64,000 bases of DNA, taken from positions 310,001 to 374,000 of the forward strand of contig JBDOQK010000003.1 in the NCBI GenBank assembly GCA_040437565.1, written 5' to 3'. Positions 14,902 to 27,728 of the stretch are shown piece by piece. This DNA is from Albugo candida (Eukaryota). The translations under genes were made by a program, and so were the position numbers. Each line of letters starts with the position of its first letter. Within the stretch, counting starts at the first letter, position 1. The notes beneath the pieces were generated by a model. It had not been told where the DNA came from. It saw nothing but the letters and a program-made list of their open reading frames with translations, and did not search any database.

Positions 14902-16987
14902 ATGATGGAGCCAACAGCAAAGCCACGCGACTTTCTTGATTTTACACTTTTTCTTGAGAAACATCGCTACTTGCCTCAGGTTTCTTACATAACATTTGAT
15001 TCAGCAGAGCGCTTAAACTATTCTTATAGGGAAGATTTTCTAGAGTCGGCGCAATGAAGGAACAAGATATGGAGAACTTGTTACGCGGTAAATTGCTTCC
15101 CATGTGGAGATGGGCGTTTGCAACTATTAAAAATGAGTCGGATACAAAGGTATGGCTACAATCTTTGGCGAGAAGTGTTTCTAACTGATTGTTCTCGAAA
15201 GCTTATTAAACGAAATATCGACGTCGCAAGGAAGCAGATACAGAGTTACCGAGGAGAACGTGATGCTGCTAGGAACGAACATCTTCGACTGGATGCTCGA
15301 AAAAAATATTCAAAGGATTGTTTGGATAAGGAAAATAGAAAGCAGCAGGAATTGTTGCAGAAGCTGACTGCATTAGAACAAGAGAAAACGCGAAAACTTC
15401 AAAAGGCTCAGGAGAAGAAGGAACAAGAAATATTGTGTCAGTCAAATGAAAATTGCCGGTTGACGTATTTGAATACCATAAGAGATCGATTATATGATTG
15501 TGGAAAGTGGCTGAGAAAGAGTTCTGACTCGCTTTTGGACCAGCCAGATAATTTACAGCTATATGATTATGGAGCAGATTCAGTACTGAAAAAAATTATG
15601 GCTTTGCGGGAATCCGCTTTGAATGATTACGCAGCAGAGAATGGGAGTGTAAAGTTTACGATGATCGAGGTGAGGCAAGCTACATCAATTCACTGGTAAT
15701 TGTGCTCCCACAACACAATCACTGTAGGACTTTCGGTCAAGAGATTATAAAAGTGTATTGGATGCGCTAATGAAATTGGTGGCTGCTGACCGGATCGGTG
15801 ATGAAAAATTGTGTCCTTCTGAGGGTACTGATAATGCTCAGCACTGCGCCAAAGAAATCATAACGATCTTGACAAGTGAGAAGACGATCCAACAAGTACA
15901 AGATCTTCTGTGTGACCTACGGAAAGAACATATATCCAATTATTTGCAGACTGAGAGGATCTACTCACAGGCAGATATGCTGTATGAGAAAATTCGGCTG
16001 GAGAATGAATCCGCGAGTAGTGATAATTACAAATTATCCCTTTATGCTTCTTCGGAAGCTGACGGCGCCGAAGTACCATCTCAAACCAGTGGCGATGCGT
16101 TGGACAGGCTGAGCCAGTTGGAGCTGCTTAAGAGTGTCACATCAGCAGTACTGCAGCGTACGAGAGAGCTGTACGATCAAATTGTTTTGCAAGTAGAAGG
16201 TATTCGTCAACGTAAATCAGATTTGGATCAGCAGATAGTAAAAGTGAGAACGTATCAACAAAGAGAGCGAGAAGCTGTATGTAGATTACAGTCCTATCAT
16301 GCCGAGAATCAAGCTCTTCTCCACAGTATTCAGCAAACCCAACAAAAGAGTAGCGAATCTGTCTGTGAAGTTTTGATGACACTCTCCGACAAGGCAGCAG
16401 TTCATGGTCGATTAACTCGCTATCGTGCACTCTTGCAGAAGGAATCGAGATATTTCTCCAGTGTCCATCTTTCGGAGCAGCAAATTGTTGTACTGAGAAG
16501 TAAAGAAAGCACCAAAGTTTTTTTGCCGCGAAAAGCATTGTACATAACCCAAATACAAAATGAGTCAGAAACGGCAACGAAGCAATCACACGTCACACTA
16601 CACGACGTGTTTCAATCACTTGGAGTTCCATATTTCGGAAATTGGATGCTTTTATTTGAATATCTTGAGAAAGCGAACATGAATTCTTCTTTGGTACAGG
16701 AATTACATTGGATGCTGTCTCGGTTGGAAAATGAATTTATTTCGGATAAAACTTCTGGCCAGCAAGATGGCTCCCATCATGCGCGACAGATACTTGCTGA
16801 AGTATCCTCAATCTGCCGTCACATGGAGAGTGTAACCACACCGGTACTTTTATCTTCCTTCCAAGTCGCAACAGCGACAGTAGATCAAGGCATTCCTGCT
16901 CTCCAAAACGCTATAACAACATGGGCAACAGAGCCGGCGTGGAATGTCAATTTATCTATGGAAGATGGAAACGCAATCAGAAACTAG
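14902..16987 (+). CDS. HAUS5: HAUS augmin-like complex subunit 5 (AUG5)-like
   Basis: N-terminal MENLLRGKLLPMWRWAFATIKNESDTK|LIKRNI resembles the HAUS5/AUG5 N-terminal signature; coiled-coil body; C-terminal AITTWATEPAWNV resembles the HAUS5 'WWEQPA' motif. Confidence 0.65.
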
Positions 16988-17154
16988 TACGATAACTCCC
17001 GCAAGAGTATTCTATAGTAGATTCCATCTGATCATTCACAGAACTAATTGAAAATGTAAATGTACGATTGCTTCTTGCAGCTCGCCTTCTACTCGCAAGA
17101 AACTGAACTAATTCGTTATAACCGATATGCTCGCATTGAAATATCTTCAGCGCA

Positions 17155-20100
17155 ATGAAAGTGGTAAGAGCTCTAATTCTTATAACTTCACCGCACGGGC
17201 TTTATAACTCACTATCAATGACTGTGTTAGATTCCTCTTACAAATGTGGCCGAAGGAAATAGCTATTTCCTTCATTTTGCGGGCTATGATATCCTCATTG
17301 ATTGCAAAATGCGATCAACATCATCGGCTTTTTTTCGAAATGCGCAGTCGATTCGATTGATTCTTCCGGCAATTCAGACAATAGCAATTAGAACTTTGGA
17401 TTTCATGCTCATTTCAGATGCATACAGTGTTCTTAATCTCGCTGTTTTGATGACGCACTTTGGATTTCAGGTTGGAGACAAATAGTTTGTGTATTATGGG
17501 CGGGTTTGTAACGTGAGTGCAGGGAGATGTATACATGACGGAATTGACATTGAAAACGGGTCGTTTGATGGTTGATGAGATGCTGGATTTGATAGACACG
17601 GGAGTTGATGTTGCATTCATTCTTTCACAACCCATCGACGCTAATGGAAGCGATTTGAGCACTTTGAATCCATGCCAAGTAAGTCGAGATTCTCTGTATC
17701 GGATATCACGCAATGATGTTGAGGATGCGTACAAAAAAGTACGACTAGTGGGATTCTGTGAGGTGAGGAATGCTGCTGAGAAGTCTTACTCGAGGCTAAG
17801 TTGTGGGTACATCAAGGTGATCACTCTTCCTTATGGCTTACAAATCACAGCTTCAAGCTCTGGATTTAGTATGGGATCGTGCCTTTGGACCATCTGTAAT
17901 GCGAACGAAAAGCTCACTTATATCCCTGCAGCTTCGGCCGATTTGAACTGTCATGCAAAGAAGATTGATGTTGCATCCATGGGGAGAACGGATACAATTC
18001 TTTTATCAGATTTGAGAGTCAATCGTGATCCATTGAGCACAACTGACAAGATGATGGAGAATTTGTTAAATAGCATCAGTCGGATACTAGATCAACGAGG
18101 GATAGCTTTGATTTTGACAACTCTTTGCACCATCAACTTTGATTTGATTGAGACGATATATGCGCTGCTGTATCGTAAACAACAGAGTATACCAATCATT
18201 CATCTTTCATCGCGAGCTGAAGAATTCATGGAACTGACAAATGCTGGCGCCGATTGGATGTCTGAGAAGCGCATTGACAAGTTGCTTGCAGGAGAAGAAC
18301 CATTTTTAATCAGGCACCTGAGAAAGAAAAGAATACTTTATCCTCTTCGTTTCGTCACTACGGAAGCATTGGCAGAGTTGAATGTTCGTCTTTTGCTTTT
18401 ACGTGCGTATCGAAATTCTTTGCGTATCAGCATAGTTCGTAGAATGGAGGGGTTATTTTCGCAACACATGCTTCCCTGTATTCCGAAAATGGAGCCAGAT
18501 TGTTGAGGAAACTTGCACAACATGAACGGAATGCCCTACTCTTAATTGGTAAATATCCTCTTACTGGAGCCGTAGTCTAATTTGAGACACCATGTAGATC
18601 CATACGAAGATCATAACAATGCAATATTTTCGGGCATGAAAATGGAGATCATCAGCTGTCCTTTCGACCCAAGATTAAATTGTGGTGACGCAAATCAATT
18701 GCTTGCTCGATGCTGCCCGGAATCGCTGATTGTACCAGAAGAGTATACATATGAAATTACAGCCAAAGATGATGACACGAGCAATAAAAACGTGAATGAC
18801 AGCAGTAGCGACATCAACGAGCGAGAAAGCTCGCGATTCTCACGAGTTTTACCGCTTCGATTGCTATTGACCTCAATCAGTAGGCAAAAAAGCGAATTAG
18901 CGACATTTCAAATGAAATTGTTGAATCCTATTACCATCGAGAAAAATATCAAGTTTGTGGATGGACTTCTCGATGCCCAAGTAAGACTATTGGCACTGTC
19001 TGATTTGCATTAACGATTGTTGCTGTTTCAAGCTGGCAGCTCAAGTACCATTAACTGAAGTGGCTGGACGAGCAGTCGGATATTTGTGTGGAAGGCTTGA
19101 AGCTGAACGTGACACATTTATCGTCAAATCTCCAGGGATCGCATCGTCTGGCGAGCATGTCGAAAAACTGCTTATTGGAGAGAAGCGAAAAGCAGACATT
19201 TGCTTATCACCGCAAGCTCATCCGTTGGAACACAATTTTGGTATCNNNNNNNNNNNNNNNNNNNNNNNNNNNNNNNNNNNNNNNNNNNNNNNNNNNNNNN
19301 NNNNNNNNNNNNNNNNNNNNNNNNNNNNNNNNNNNNNNNNNNNNNCTAGTGGGATTCTGTGAGGTGAGGAATGCTGCTGAGAAGTCTTACTCGAGGCTAA
19401 GTTGTGGGTACATCAAGGTGATCACTCTTCCTTATGGCTTACAAATCACAGCTTCAAGCTCTGGATTTAGTATGGGATCGTGCCTTTGGACCATCTGTAA
19501 TGCGAACGAAAAGCTCACTTATATCCCTGCAGCTTCGGCCGATTTGAACTGTCATGCAAAGAAGATTGATGTTGCATCCATGGGGAGAACGGATACAATT
19601 CTTTTATCAGATTTGAGAGTCAATCGTGATCCATTGAGCACAACTGACAAGATGATGGAGAATTTGTTAAATAGCATCAGTCGGATACTAGATCAACGAG
19701 GGATAGCTTTGATTTTGACAACTCTTTGCACCATCAACTTTGATTTGATTGAGACGATATATGCGCTGCTGTATCGTAAACAACAGAGTATACCAATCAT
19801 TCATCTTTCATCGCGAGCTGAAGAATTCATGGAACTGACAAATGCTGGCGCCGATTGGATGTCTGAGAAGCGCATTGACAAGTTGCTTGCAGGAGAAGAA
19901 CCATTTTTAATCAGGCACCTGAGAAAGAAAAGAATACTTTATCCTCTTCGTTTCGTCACTACGGAAGCATTGGCAGAGTTGAATGTTCGTCTTTTGCTTT
20001 TACGTGCGTATCGAAATTCTTTGCGTATCAGCATAGTTCGTAGAATGGAGGGGTTATTTTCGCAACACATGCTTCCCTGTATTCCGAAAATGGAGCCAGA

Positions 20101-21186
20101 TTGTTGAGGAAACTTGCACAACATGAACGGAATGCCCTACTCTTAATTGGTAAATATCCTCTTACTGGAGCCGTAGTCTAATTTGAGACACCATGTAGAT
20201 CCATACGAAGATCATAACAATGCAATATTTTCGGGCATGAAAATGGAGATCATCAGCTGTCCTTTCGACCCAAGATTAAATTGTGGTGACGCAAATCAAT
20301 TGCTTGCTCGATGCTGCCCGGAATCGCTGATTGTACCAGAAGAGTATACATATGAAATTACAGCCAAAGATGATGACACGAGCAATAAAAACGTGAATGA
20401 CAGCAGTAGCGACATCAACGAGCGAGAAAGCTCGCGATTCTCACGAGTTTTACCGCTTCGATTGCTATTGACCTCAATCAGTAGGCAAAAAAGCGAATTA
20501 GCGACATTTCAAATGAAATTGTTGAATCCTATTACCATCGAGAAAAATATCAAGTTTGTGGATGGACTTCTCGATGCCCAAGTAAGACTATTGGCACTGT
20601 CTGATTTGCATTAACGATTGTTGCTGTTTCAAGCTGGCAGCTCAAGTACCATTAACTGAAGTGGCTGGACGAGCAGTCGGATATTTGTGTGGAAGGCTTG
20701 AAGCTGAACGTGACACATTTATCGTCAAATCTCCAGGGATCGCATCGTCTGGCGAGCATGTCGAAAAACTGCTTATTGGAGAGAAGCGAAAAGCAGACAT
20801 TTGCTTATCACCGCAAGCTCATCCGTTGGAACACAATTTTGGTATCGATAAGATAACGTACGAAGACAGCTGCAGTATCATCCTCGGCACAGTTGATGAG
20901 GAAAAGTTGTCAAAAAGAATCACTGCTGTACGTGCTGTGTGTGTATGACGATGGAGATATTTTCTGAAGCTTCATTCTTTCACAGCGCGATCCATCGATT
21001 CAGATTTTTATTTCGGAGCTCGGACACGTCGATACTCCAGAAGTTTTGATGAATCTGCCAGGCTTAGACGCAAGAATCACATTTTGGAAGAACGAACATA
21101 AAACGTTGGTGGAAGCCGAGAGCGAACAAGTGCGCGAATTGCTGACATCATATATTTTGGCTCAATTATCGGTCTTAAAGCAGTAA
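17155..21186 (+). CDS. INTS9: Integrator complex subunit 9 (inactive MBL/beta-CASP); the internal duplication is an assembly artefact
   Basis: LDFMLISD, VYMTELTLKTGRLMVDEM, ITASSSGFSMGSCLWTI, ADWMSEKRIDKLLAGEEPF, ISCPFDPRLNCGDANQLL. No HxHxDH motif. Confidence 0.85.
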
Positions 21187-21286
21187 TGAAAAGTTGTAGC
21201 GCTCAGCCTCATGCTTTATAAGCATTCTGTCACATTTCCACCGCTATTACTCGTTGAAAAAAACGCCAATCACATGCGATCTTTGA

Positions 21287-22929
21287 ATGGCGACGATCGC
21301 TACAAGGAATACGATGGCCACGAATGCACGCTTCTACACCTTCAAAGCATGCAATGAAGTAGGAATTGCTTGGTCTTATCGCAAACGACGAGTTGCTGCC
21401 GCTTTTCTTTCTTCTCGAGCATTTTCGGGTCGAAAAACGCAACATATGAAAGCCCGTACCTTGCAACTTGGAGCAATGCCATACAAAACATGCAATACAC
21501 TCGATATACGATACAACGCGAAAATGTATCCAGATGCGCACCCGGATATTCCCTTTACCGATTTTGAGATCTTATTCCTTGGAACGAGTGCAGGCTCACC
21601 ATCTGTTCGACGAAATCCATCATCAATTTGTCTTCGACTCTCTCAGCATAACTGGATGTTTGATTGTGCAGAAGCTAGTCTACGACAGCTCATGAAAAGC
21701 ACGATACGCGTGCCGATGACAAACAAGTTCTTTATCACCCATTTGCATGGCGATCATTTGTATGGCTTACCAGGGATACTTTGTACGCTGGATAACCATC
21801 ATAACAACGGAACACCTGGAACGAATAATCGATGTGAAATCGCAGTGTATGGTCCAGTTGGGTTATACGCTTACCTGACGACTGCTTTGTCAACATCCCG
21901 TACGCGTCTGAATAATTTACAGGTTACAGTGTATGAATTGGCTCTGAAGAAAATTCCTGAGCAGACTTCTGCATTTGAAAAGTACATGCGAAACATTCCC
22001 AAGCACCCAGTACGCTCTCGTAGTAACAAGCAACAAGTATCGAAGAGTGATATCTCTCTGCTTAGGCGATACGTAAAGAGTTCATCTATGCGGATCATGA
22101 AAGTAAACCAGTATGGAAGGTCTATGATGATGGCAATGTGCATGTGAAAGCTGGAATGTTAAAGCATACGATAGTCAGCTTCGGGTACTCTTTGACAGTA
22201 TGTATCAACTAATCAACTCAAACGAATGTGCTTTGCTCAGATATGTCATTGAAGAGTATCAACATCCGGGCAAACTGCGTGCCGATCTGGTGCTTCAACG
22301 AGGTTTGCCACCTGGGCCGTTGTACAAATCACTGAAAAATGGAAACAGCGTAAGACTACCCAATGGAGATGTGATAGAACCAAGTCAGGTGAGTCGCCAG
22401 TTGGCATGACATTTCTTTTCCCTTACTTCTGCCAGGTAGTTGGCCCTCCCGCACGGGGACGGAAGGTTGTGATTATGGGCGATACGACCCATTCTGAAGG
22501 AATTATCGATATTGCTCGAAATTGTGATGTAAGGAGCTCTGTACACGGGAAACATTGACTCGTCTAATACTGAAGTTGCCCCTTTATTGTATAGGTACTG
22601 GTTCATGAAGCAACACTGAATCAAACGATGGTCGCAGAGGTATGCAGCAGTCGTAGATGCTTCAAGATGTATCATGATTCTTGTACTAGGCGACCCAAAG
22701 AGGGCACTCAACCGCACTTATGGCAGGACAGTGCGCTCGAAACGTCAATGCGACAATTCTTGTGCTTACACATTTCAGCCATCGTTTCCGGCATTGGAGC
22801 AAAGCTGACTTTGGCTCCATGACAACGCACGGCTTGGTACAAGAAGCGCAAGTATCGTTCAAACGGCGTGCTGTGATTGCTGCTACAGATTTTCTTCGTC
22901 TGATTGTGCCAAAACACCCTCACAGATAG
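21287..22929 (+). CDS. Ribonuclease Z, short form (ELAC1/Rnz-like) with N-terminal extension
   Basis: ILFLGTSAGSPSVRRNPSS, WMFDCAE, FFITHLHGDHLYGLPG, GLPPGPLYKSLKNG flexible arm, VIMGDT, VHEAT, GHST, LVLTHFSHRF. Confidence 0.92.
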
Positions 22930-23250
22930 AGAGCACGAAACCCATAGATACATGTCAATGTCCATGCTTTCTGTAGAGACAGCTTTGGAGCTGTGTTGGA
23001 TGAATCAAGAAATTGTTCACATTACAGCTGAAACAGCGGCGTCATTTCTCGATATTCTTAATTCTTTGCCTACTGGTTTCATCCTTCGTTGAGCTTGCGG
23101 TCGTTTCCATCGTCATTTCAGACAGCTCAGCAGCTATTATAAGCTCGATAGCAAACTGCTCCATCATATGCATTTGTACCAAGCTTGTGTATTTCAAATG
23201 CATCCTGTGTTGGTATTCGACTGATCCAATGCTTGCGAGATATATTCTAA

Positions 23251-24886
23251 TCAGATTAGTCCAACAGGAGACGACATTTTCTGCGGTGGCAATTCCAAGT
23301 CGATCAGTTGTGGCTCTACCGACGATTTATGTGCAGTACTCATCGAATGATCAGTGTCCTTACTAGACACGCCGAGTAGAGCAAAAATTCGGAACGCTTT
23401 TGCAACAATAAGAGCCTTCTTGTCATGCTTGAGCTGGATGTACCATCAAAGTGCTGTTGTTAGCGAAAACTCTCTATTGTGCAAGAATTGGATTACCTCA
23501 AGTAATGTTGAAGCATGTTGCTGGAAATACGCAGTATAAGCAGCACATCCGGGAGCATCCAATAACGCCAGCACGACAAATAGAGATTTCAGACGAACCT
23601 CCAGAAGCGGTCAGCGAGAATATAGAAAAGATCAATTCAAATCTCATACCTGCCACACGGGATCGCTGCATTTTTCTAGTAAAATAGAAGCAATCGTACC
23701 GACATTTAAATTTCGAGCCAAAGTGATAAATCGTTTGACCTCAGATGCAGGAGGTGCACGAGCTATACCGCCTGAGGTACACAGTTTGTCGATCAAACCT
23801 CGTTCATAACTACTACAAAACGTGTAAGATCGAAATGACGCACGAGCTGGATTCAGATTGTGTATACCTTTGTGCGTCAGTATCATCGTCATAGGTCACC
23901 TTTGGAATCAAAACATCGCAGTCCACAGGGGCACTACCAAGAACATCGTTATCCGCTAAGGAACATGCCATTGACTTTTCTAAATTGCGACAATCCCATC
24001 TCTCTTTAGCTTCCAAGCTCATTTTTACGAAGCTCTCCATGGTTTTGCTCAGTTTAGATGTGTTCTCATTGTATACGGATACATTTGACTTATTTTCTAT
24101 CCCGTTGATACTTTGCGATTGCCACCATCCATTATGTGTGGGGTTTCTAGTACCAACTTCCACTCCATTGGAAAGTGAAGAATGCTTAGCACCGACTGGT
24201 CTATTGTTTGGCTCAGTAAGGCTCCCGGAGACAGTATAATTTGGTGTGACCGAACTACAAGGTCTTGCAAATCCAGGTTGAACGCCGGTTAGCAGCATTG
24301 GGGCATTATCATGCGCTAGCTTGCAAGGAGAGGTAGTATCTCTCATCGCTGAACTTGATACTTTCCGAAAACCAGCACAGCTCCATACTCCTCTCGTCGC
24401 TGATGAAGCCTCAATTTGTGCCAAAGAGCTTTCTTGATGAATGGATGATGTCTTCAACGCAGTCCGCTTTGGTGGTTGTCGGTCGTCATCGTTCATGTAC
24501 GCAGAATAGCCCTGACACGAAGTATCATACTTGTAAGTGCCATTCAATGCAGTTGACGCATTCATTGCGAGTGTATTCGCCTGGAATGTATGATCGTATT
24601 TGTTTGAGACTTGTGAAATCGCAGGAAAGGATTTTCTGCCATAAATTGACGGTGGTGAATCAATTGCTCTTGTTTCTCCAGAACTCCCATCAGATACTGG
24701 AGATAACGTAGTTGACCGCGGACTTAACGACACGGAGGAAATTGGAGAGTTGGATCGACGAATTGGGTCGGGATTAATAATTTCCTAAGGTCAAGAATTA
24801 GTATTTGTGAGAATTTTCATGCTCAAAGACCAAAAAAGTACCGCGGCCAAAACTCGAAGTCGGAGATATTTCTTTTCGTCGTACAT
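23251..24886 (-). CDS. Protein with disordered N-terminus and tepsin/MTV1-like VHS/ENTH-like domain (ends approximate)
   Basis: YERGLIDKLCTSGGIARAPPASEVKRFITLARNLNVGTIASILLEKCSDPVWQ|VRLKSLFVVQALL resembles the second folded domain of tepsin/MTV1. Confidence 0.55.
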
Positions 24887-26613
24887 GCTGCTAGCTATCG
24901 ATTGCGTGTCTACAAGACAAGGAATGTGCAATTATTGCATTCAAGGCCTTTTCCCAGTGGATGATTGCATACCTAAATACTTTTCAATCTCATAATGACT
25001 TTGATAAATTCTGCTGACGAAGACTTGATGCCCCTCATGCATACAATACTAAAAGTAGATCACTTATTTCTTACGAATGTGAAAGCCAAATTAGATATAA
25101 CGCACATGTATCGCTTCCATTGCCTTCAATTTCACATTCAGATTTGATTTTGCTAGCCGTTCAAGCAAGTACTCGGCAATCCTCTCTGCGTCCCGACAAC
25201 TCGCATGTGTTCGTTCTATGGGAATATCATTTGAGGTTTTGTGTTAACGCTCGAGTCAGTGCGCTTTCTATTGATTCGTACGTCCTATTTGCTCTAATAA
25301 ATAGTTTGGAGCTGTACTATCATGGATGCTTGTCGCCTCAACCAGTAAGTGTCGTAACATCTCCTACAGACTTTCAGAAATGATGAGTATTACATCACGT
25401 TCTGTGAATCGGTCTATCAGGTTTCAGTTGGGTACAGCGTAAAGAAAGTACATAAACGTCATATTGGAAGATCATTTTGCGCTCCGAGGCTTTTACATGN
25501 NNNNNNNNNNNNNNNNNNNNNNNNNNNNNNNNNNNNNNNNNNNNNNNNNNNNNNNNNNNNNNNNNNNNNNNNNNNNNNNNNNNNNNNNNNNNNNNNNNNA
25601 CAGCGTAAAGAAAGTACATAAACGTCATATTGGAAGATCATTTTGCGCTCCGAGGCTTTTACATGTGTTTAGGACCTCATGATCAGTTTCATTGGAGGAA
25701 AGCTGACTATAAAGACATCAGTCTACCTTCTCTTTCAGTCATATGAAAGGCACCTTGGATGAGCCTTGACGAAAGGATATTTTTCGCACATTCGACCCTG
25801 ATCCCTACTTCCACCGCTTCGAATTGACCGATTAGAACACGTCATCACCAAAGTTTTACTTCCTCTCATAAATGACTTTGTCCAAATCACGCGCACGCTT
25901 CTGCTGACTTTGTTTGTTTCTCAGTGTAAGATACGAGCATTTTCATCCTCGAATTTCGCTTGAGACAATGCTTGACAACATAAGAGGCTGTAACTTTGTG
26001 TGTAACAAAGCTGCGCACATTTAGCAATTGCCGGATCTAGGGCGCTGCCGTATCCAGCCACAGCTGGCCGTCAGCAGCCACAATGGATGATCATATCCTA
26101 GCGTGTTCGAACTTGTAACTAGAAGTGGATACCTGCAAATTATCCGGTGAGCCTCTGAAATCTCTTCGTATAAGCGCTGCACCTTGACTTTTCTATCATG
26201 CACTTGACATGCCAACCTTCTACATTTACTTCTACATCGATCATTCGACTGACCAAAAATTATCTACTTTCTTCATTTAAAAAATAAGAATGTAAATTTG
26301 TGATCAGGCAATCCAGGATCGAGAGTATCTGAGAAAGCTTGAACCAGCCATAGTATGGTGCAGAAAACATCTCAAGAGACAAGCCGTCTAGTAAATCAAT
26401 CGGGACTCGTTCTCGATCAAACAAGTGCACGCTAATAGAAAAATCTGCGGAGCTGAACGCTGTTTATATCTTTCTATTGGTGTCTATACGCTCATCAAAA
26501 AATGATAATCGGAGTTCTGAATTGCTAACGCGTAGCTTTCAGCATAAGTAATACCTCAAACACAAAATTCTATCTTAAGAGTTTGTCTCGACCCCTTCAA
26601 AAACTAGTCGGTC

Positions 26614-27655
26614 ATGTTTGACATCTCGCTACTCAAAGAACCACTAGAAGAGGCTATCGAGGAAATGCTTCGTGCAGCTGATCGGTCCATTAGCTGGCAC
26701 ATTCCTGATCGAAACGACCCTGCTTTGAAGCATCAAGGCGAAGGTTCACGTCGGCTGTATCAGCAACTGCCCGGCCTGTATGAGTCAGCAATTACGGAAC
26801 TCTCAGACAATGTTGATTTATCAGACGATCCTGCATCGACGGGTCGATTTCGCCTTCTGTTGCACGAAGATAACACATTTGAGTACACTTGGAAGTTACT
26901 TCGAAGTGGAAAGGCTCTGATGAAATATAACCTCCAAATCACCGGAGACTGGTCCAAAGCAGTGATGAATCGAGATCTTTTAGGAAATGAGGATCAACAT
27001 CTGTCTCTGAAGGCGAGGAAGCTGAGATTCAAGCGCTCTTCGGATTATGGTCAGTGATGGGCTCCTTCGTACTCAATCTCATTGTTCCGCATAGACAAAG
27101 AGAATAAATCGTGGAATATCACGTTGAAATCTTTGACACGAAATGGCTCGGATTGGGTATCTACTGCCGAGGTCGAAAAAGAAAATTGCGTTCCTGCATT
27201 CATTTTCAGCTTTTTGTATAAAGAAAATGGGTCACTGCACAGCTTCGGGTCAGCATCACCGCATCAATTTCTATCCAACTCATCTTCTTGCAGAGTTTTG
27301 GCCGGACTGACAAAACGATTAGGAAACAAGCTGGGTTCGCCTCTTGATGTAATGACCGATCAATGGCTACCCAAAAAATCAGTTGTACTAATACTGACGC
27401 GAAGAATTGGAGGAAGCCCCGTCCGTGAATTCAATCCGTATCGATGGTACGTACGTCCTGTAATTGCTAGCAAATTCCGTCACATATCGCCATACTTGTA
27501 GTCTCGCCGAAACTCTCAAGAAATTGGCAACTGAGAGCTGATTGTGAGTACAGTGTGGCTTTTATTATAGGATTTTTTATAATAATGAATTTCGATAGTA
27601 CCAAGACCGCACCTCATTTGCATTCTGTCGCTAGCTCTTTGCGTACATGTTTAGA
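26614..27655 (+). CDS. Hypothetical protein (multi-exon; 3' end uncertain, could be joined to the next gene)
   Basis: Consecutive ORFs 26614-27057 and 27082-27501 joined in frame by a GTCAGT...CATAG intron. No recognised domain. Confidence 0.55.
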
Positions 27656-27728
27656 TGGGATGCTACCTGATAATCTACGAAATGACCCTGCCGCCTTTCG
27701 TCAGCATTGTATATAATTTTATTCTAAC

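Noticed and set aside
19346-20846. Apparent tandem duplication of INTS9
   Set aside because: Apparently identical copy across an N gap; assembly artefact.
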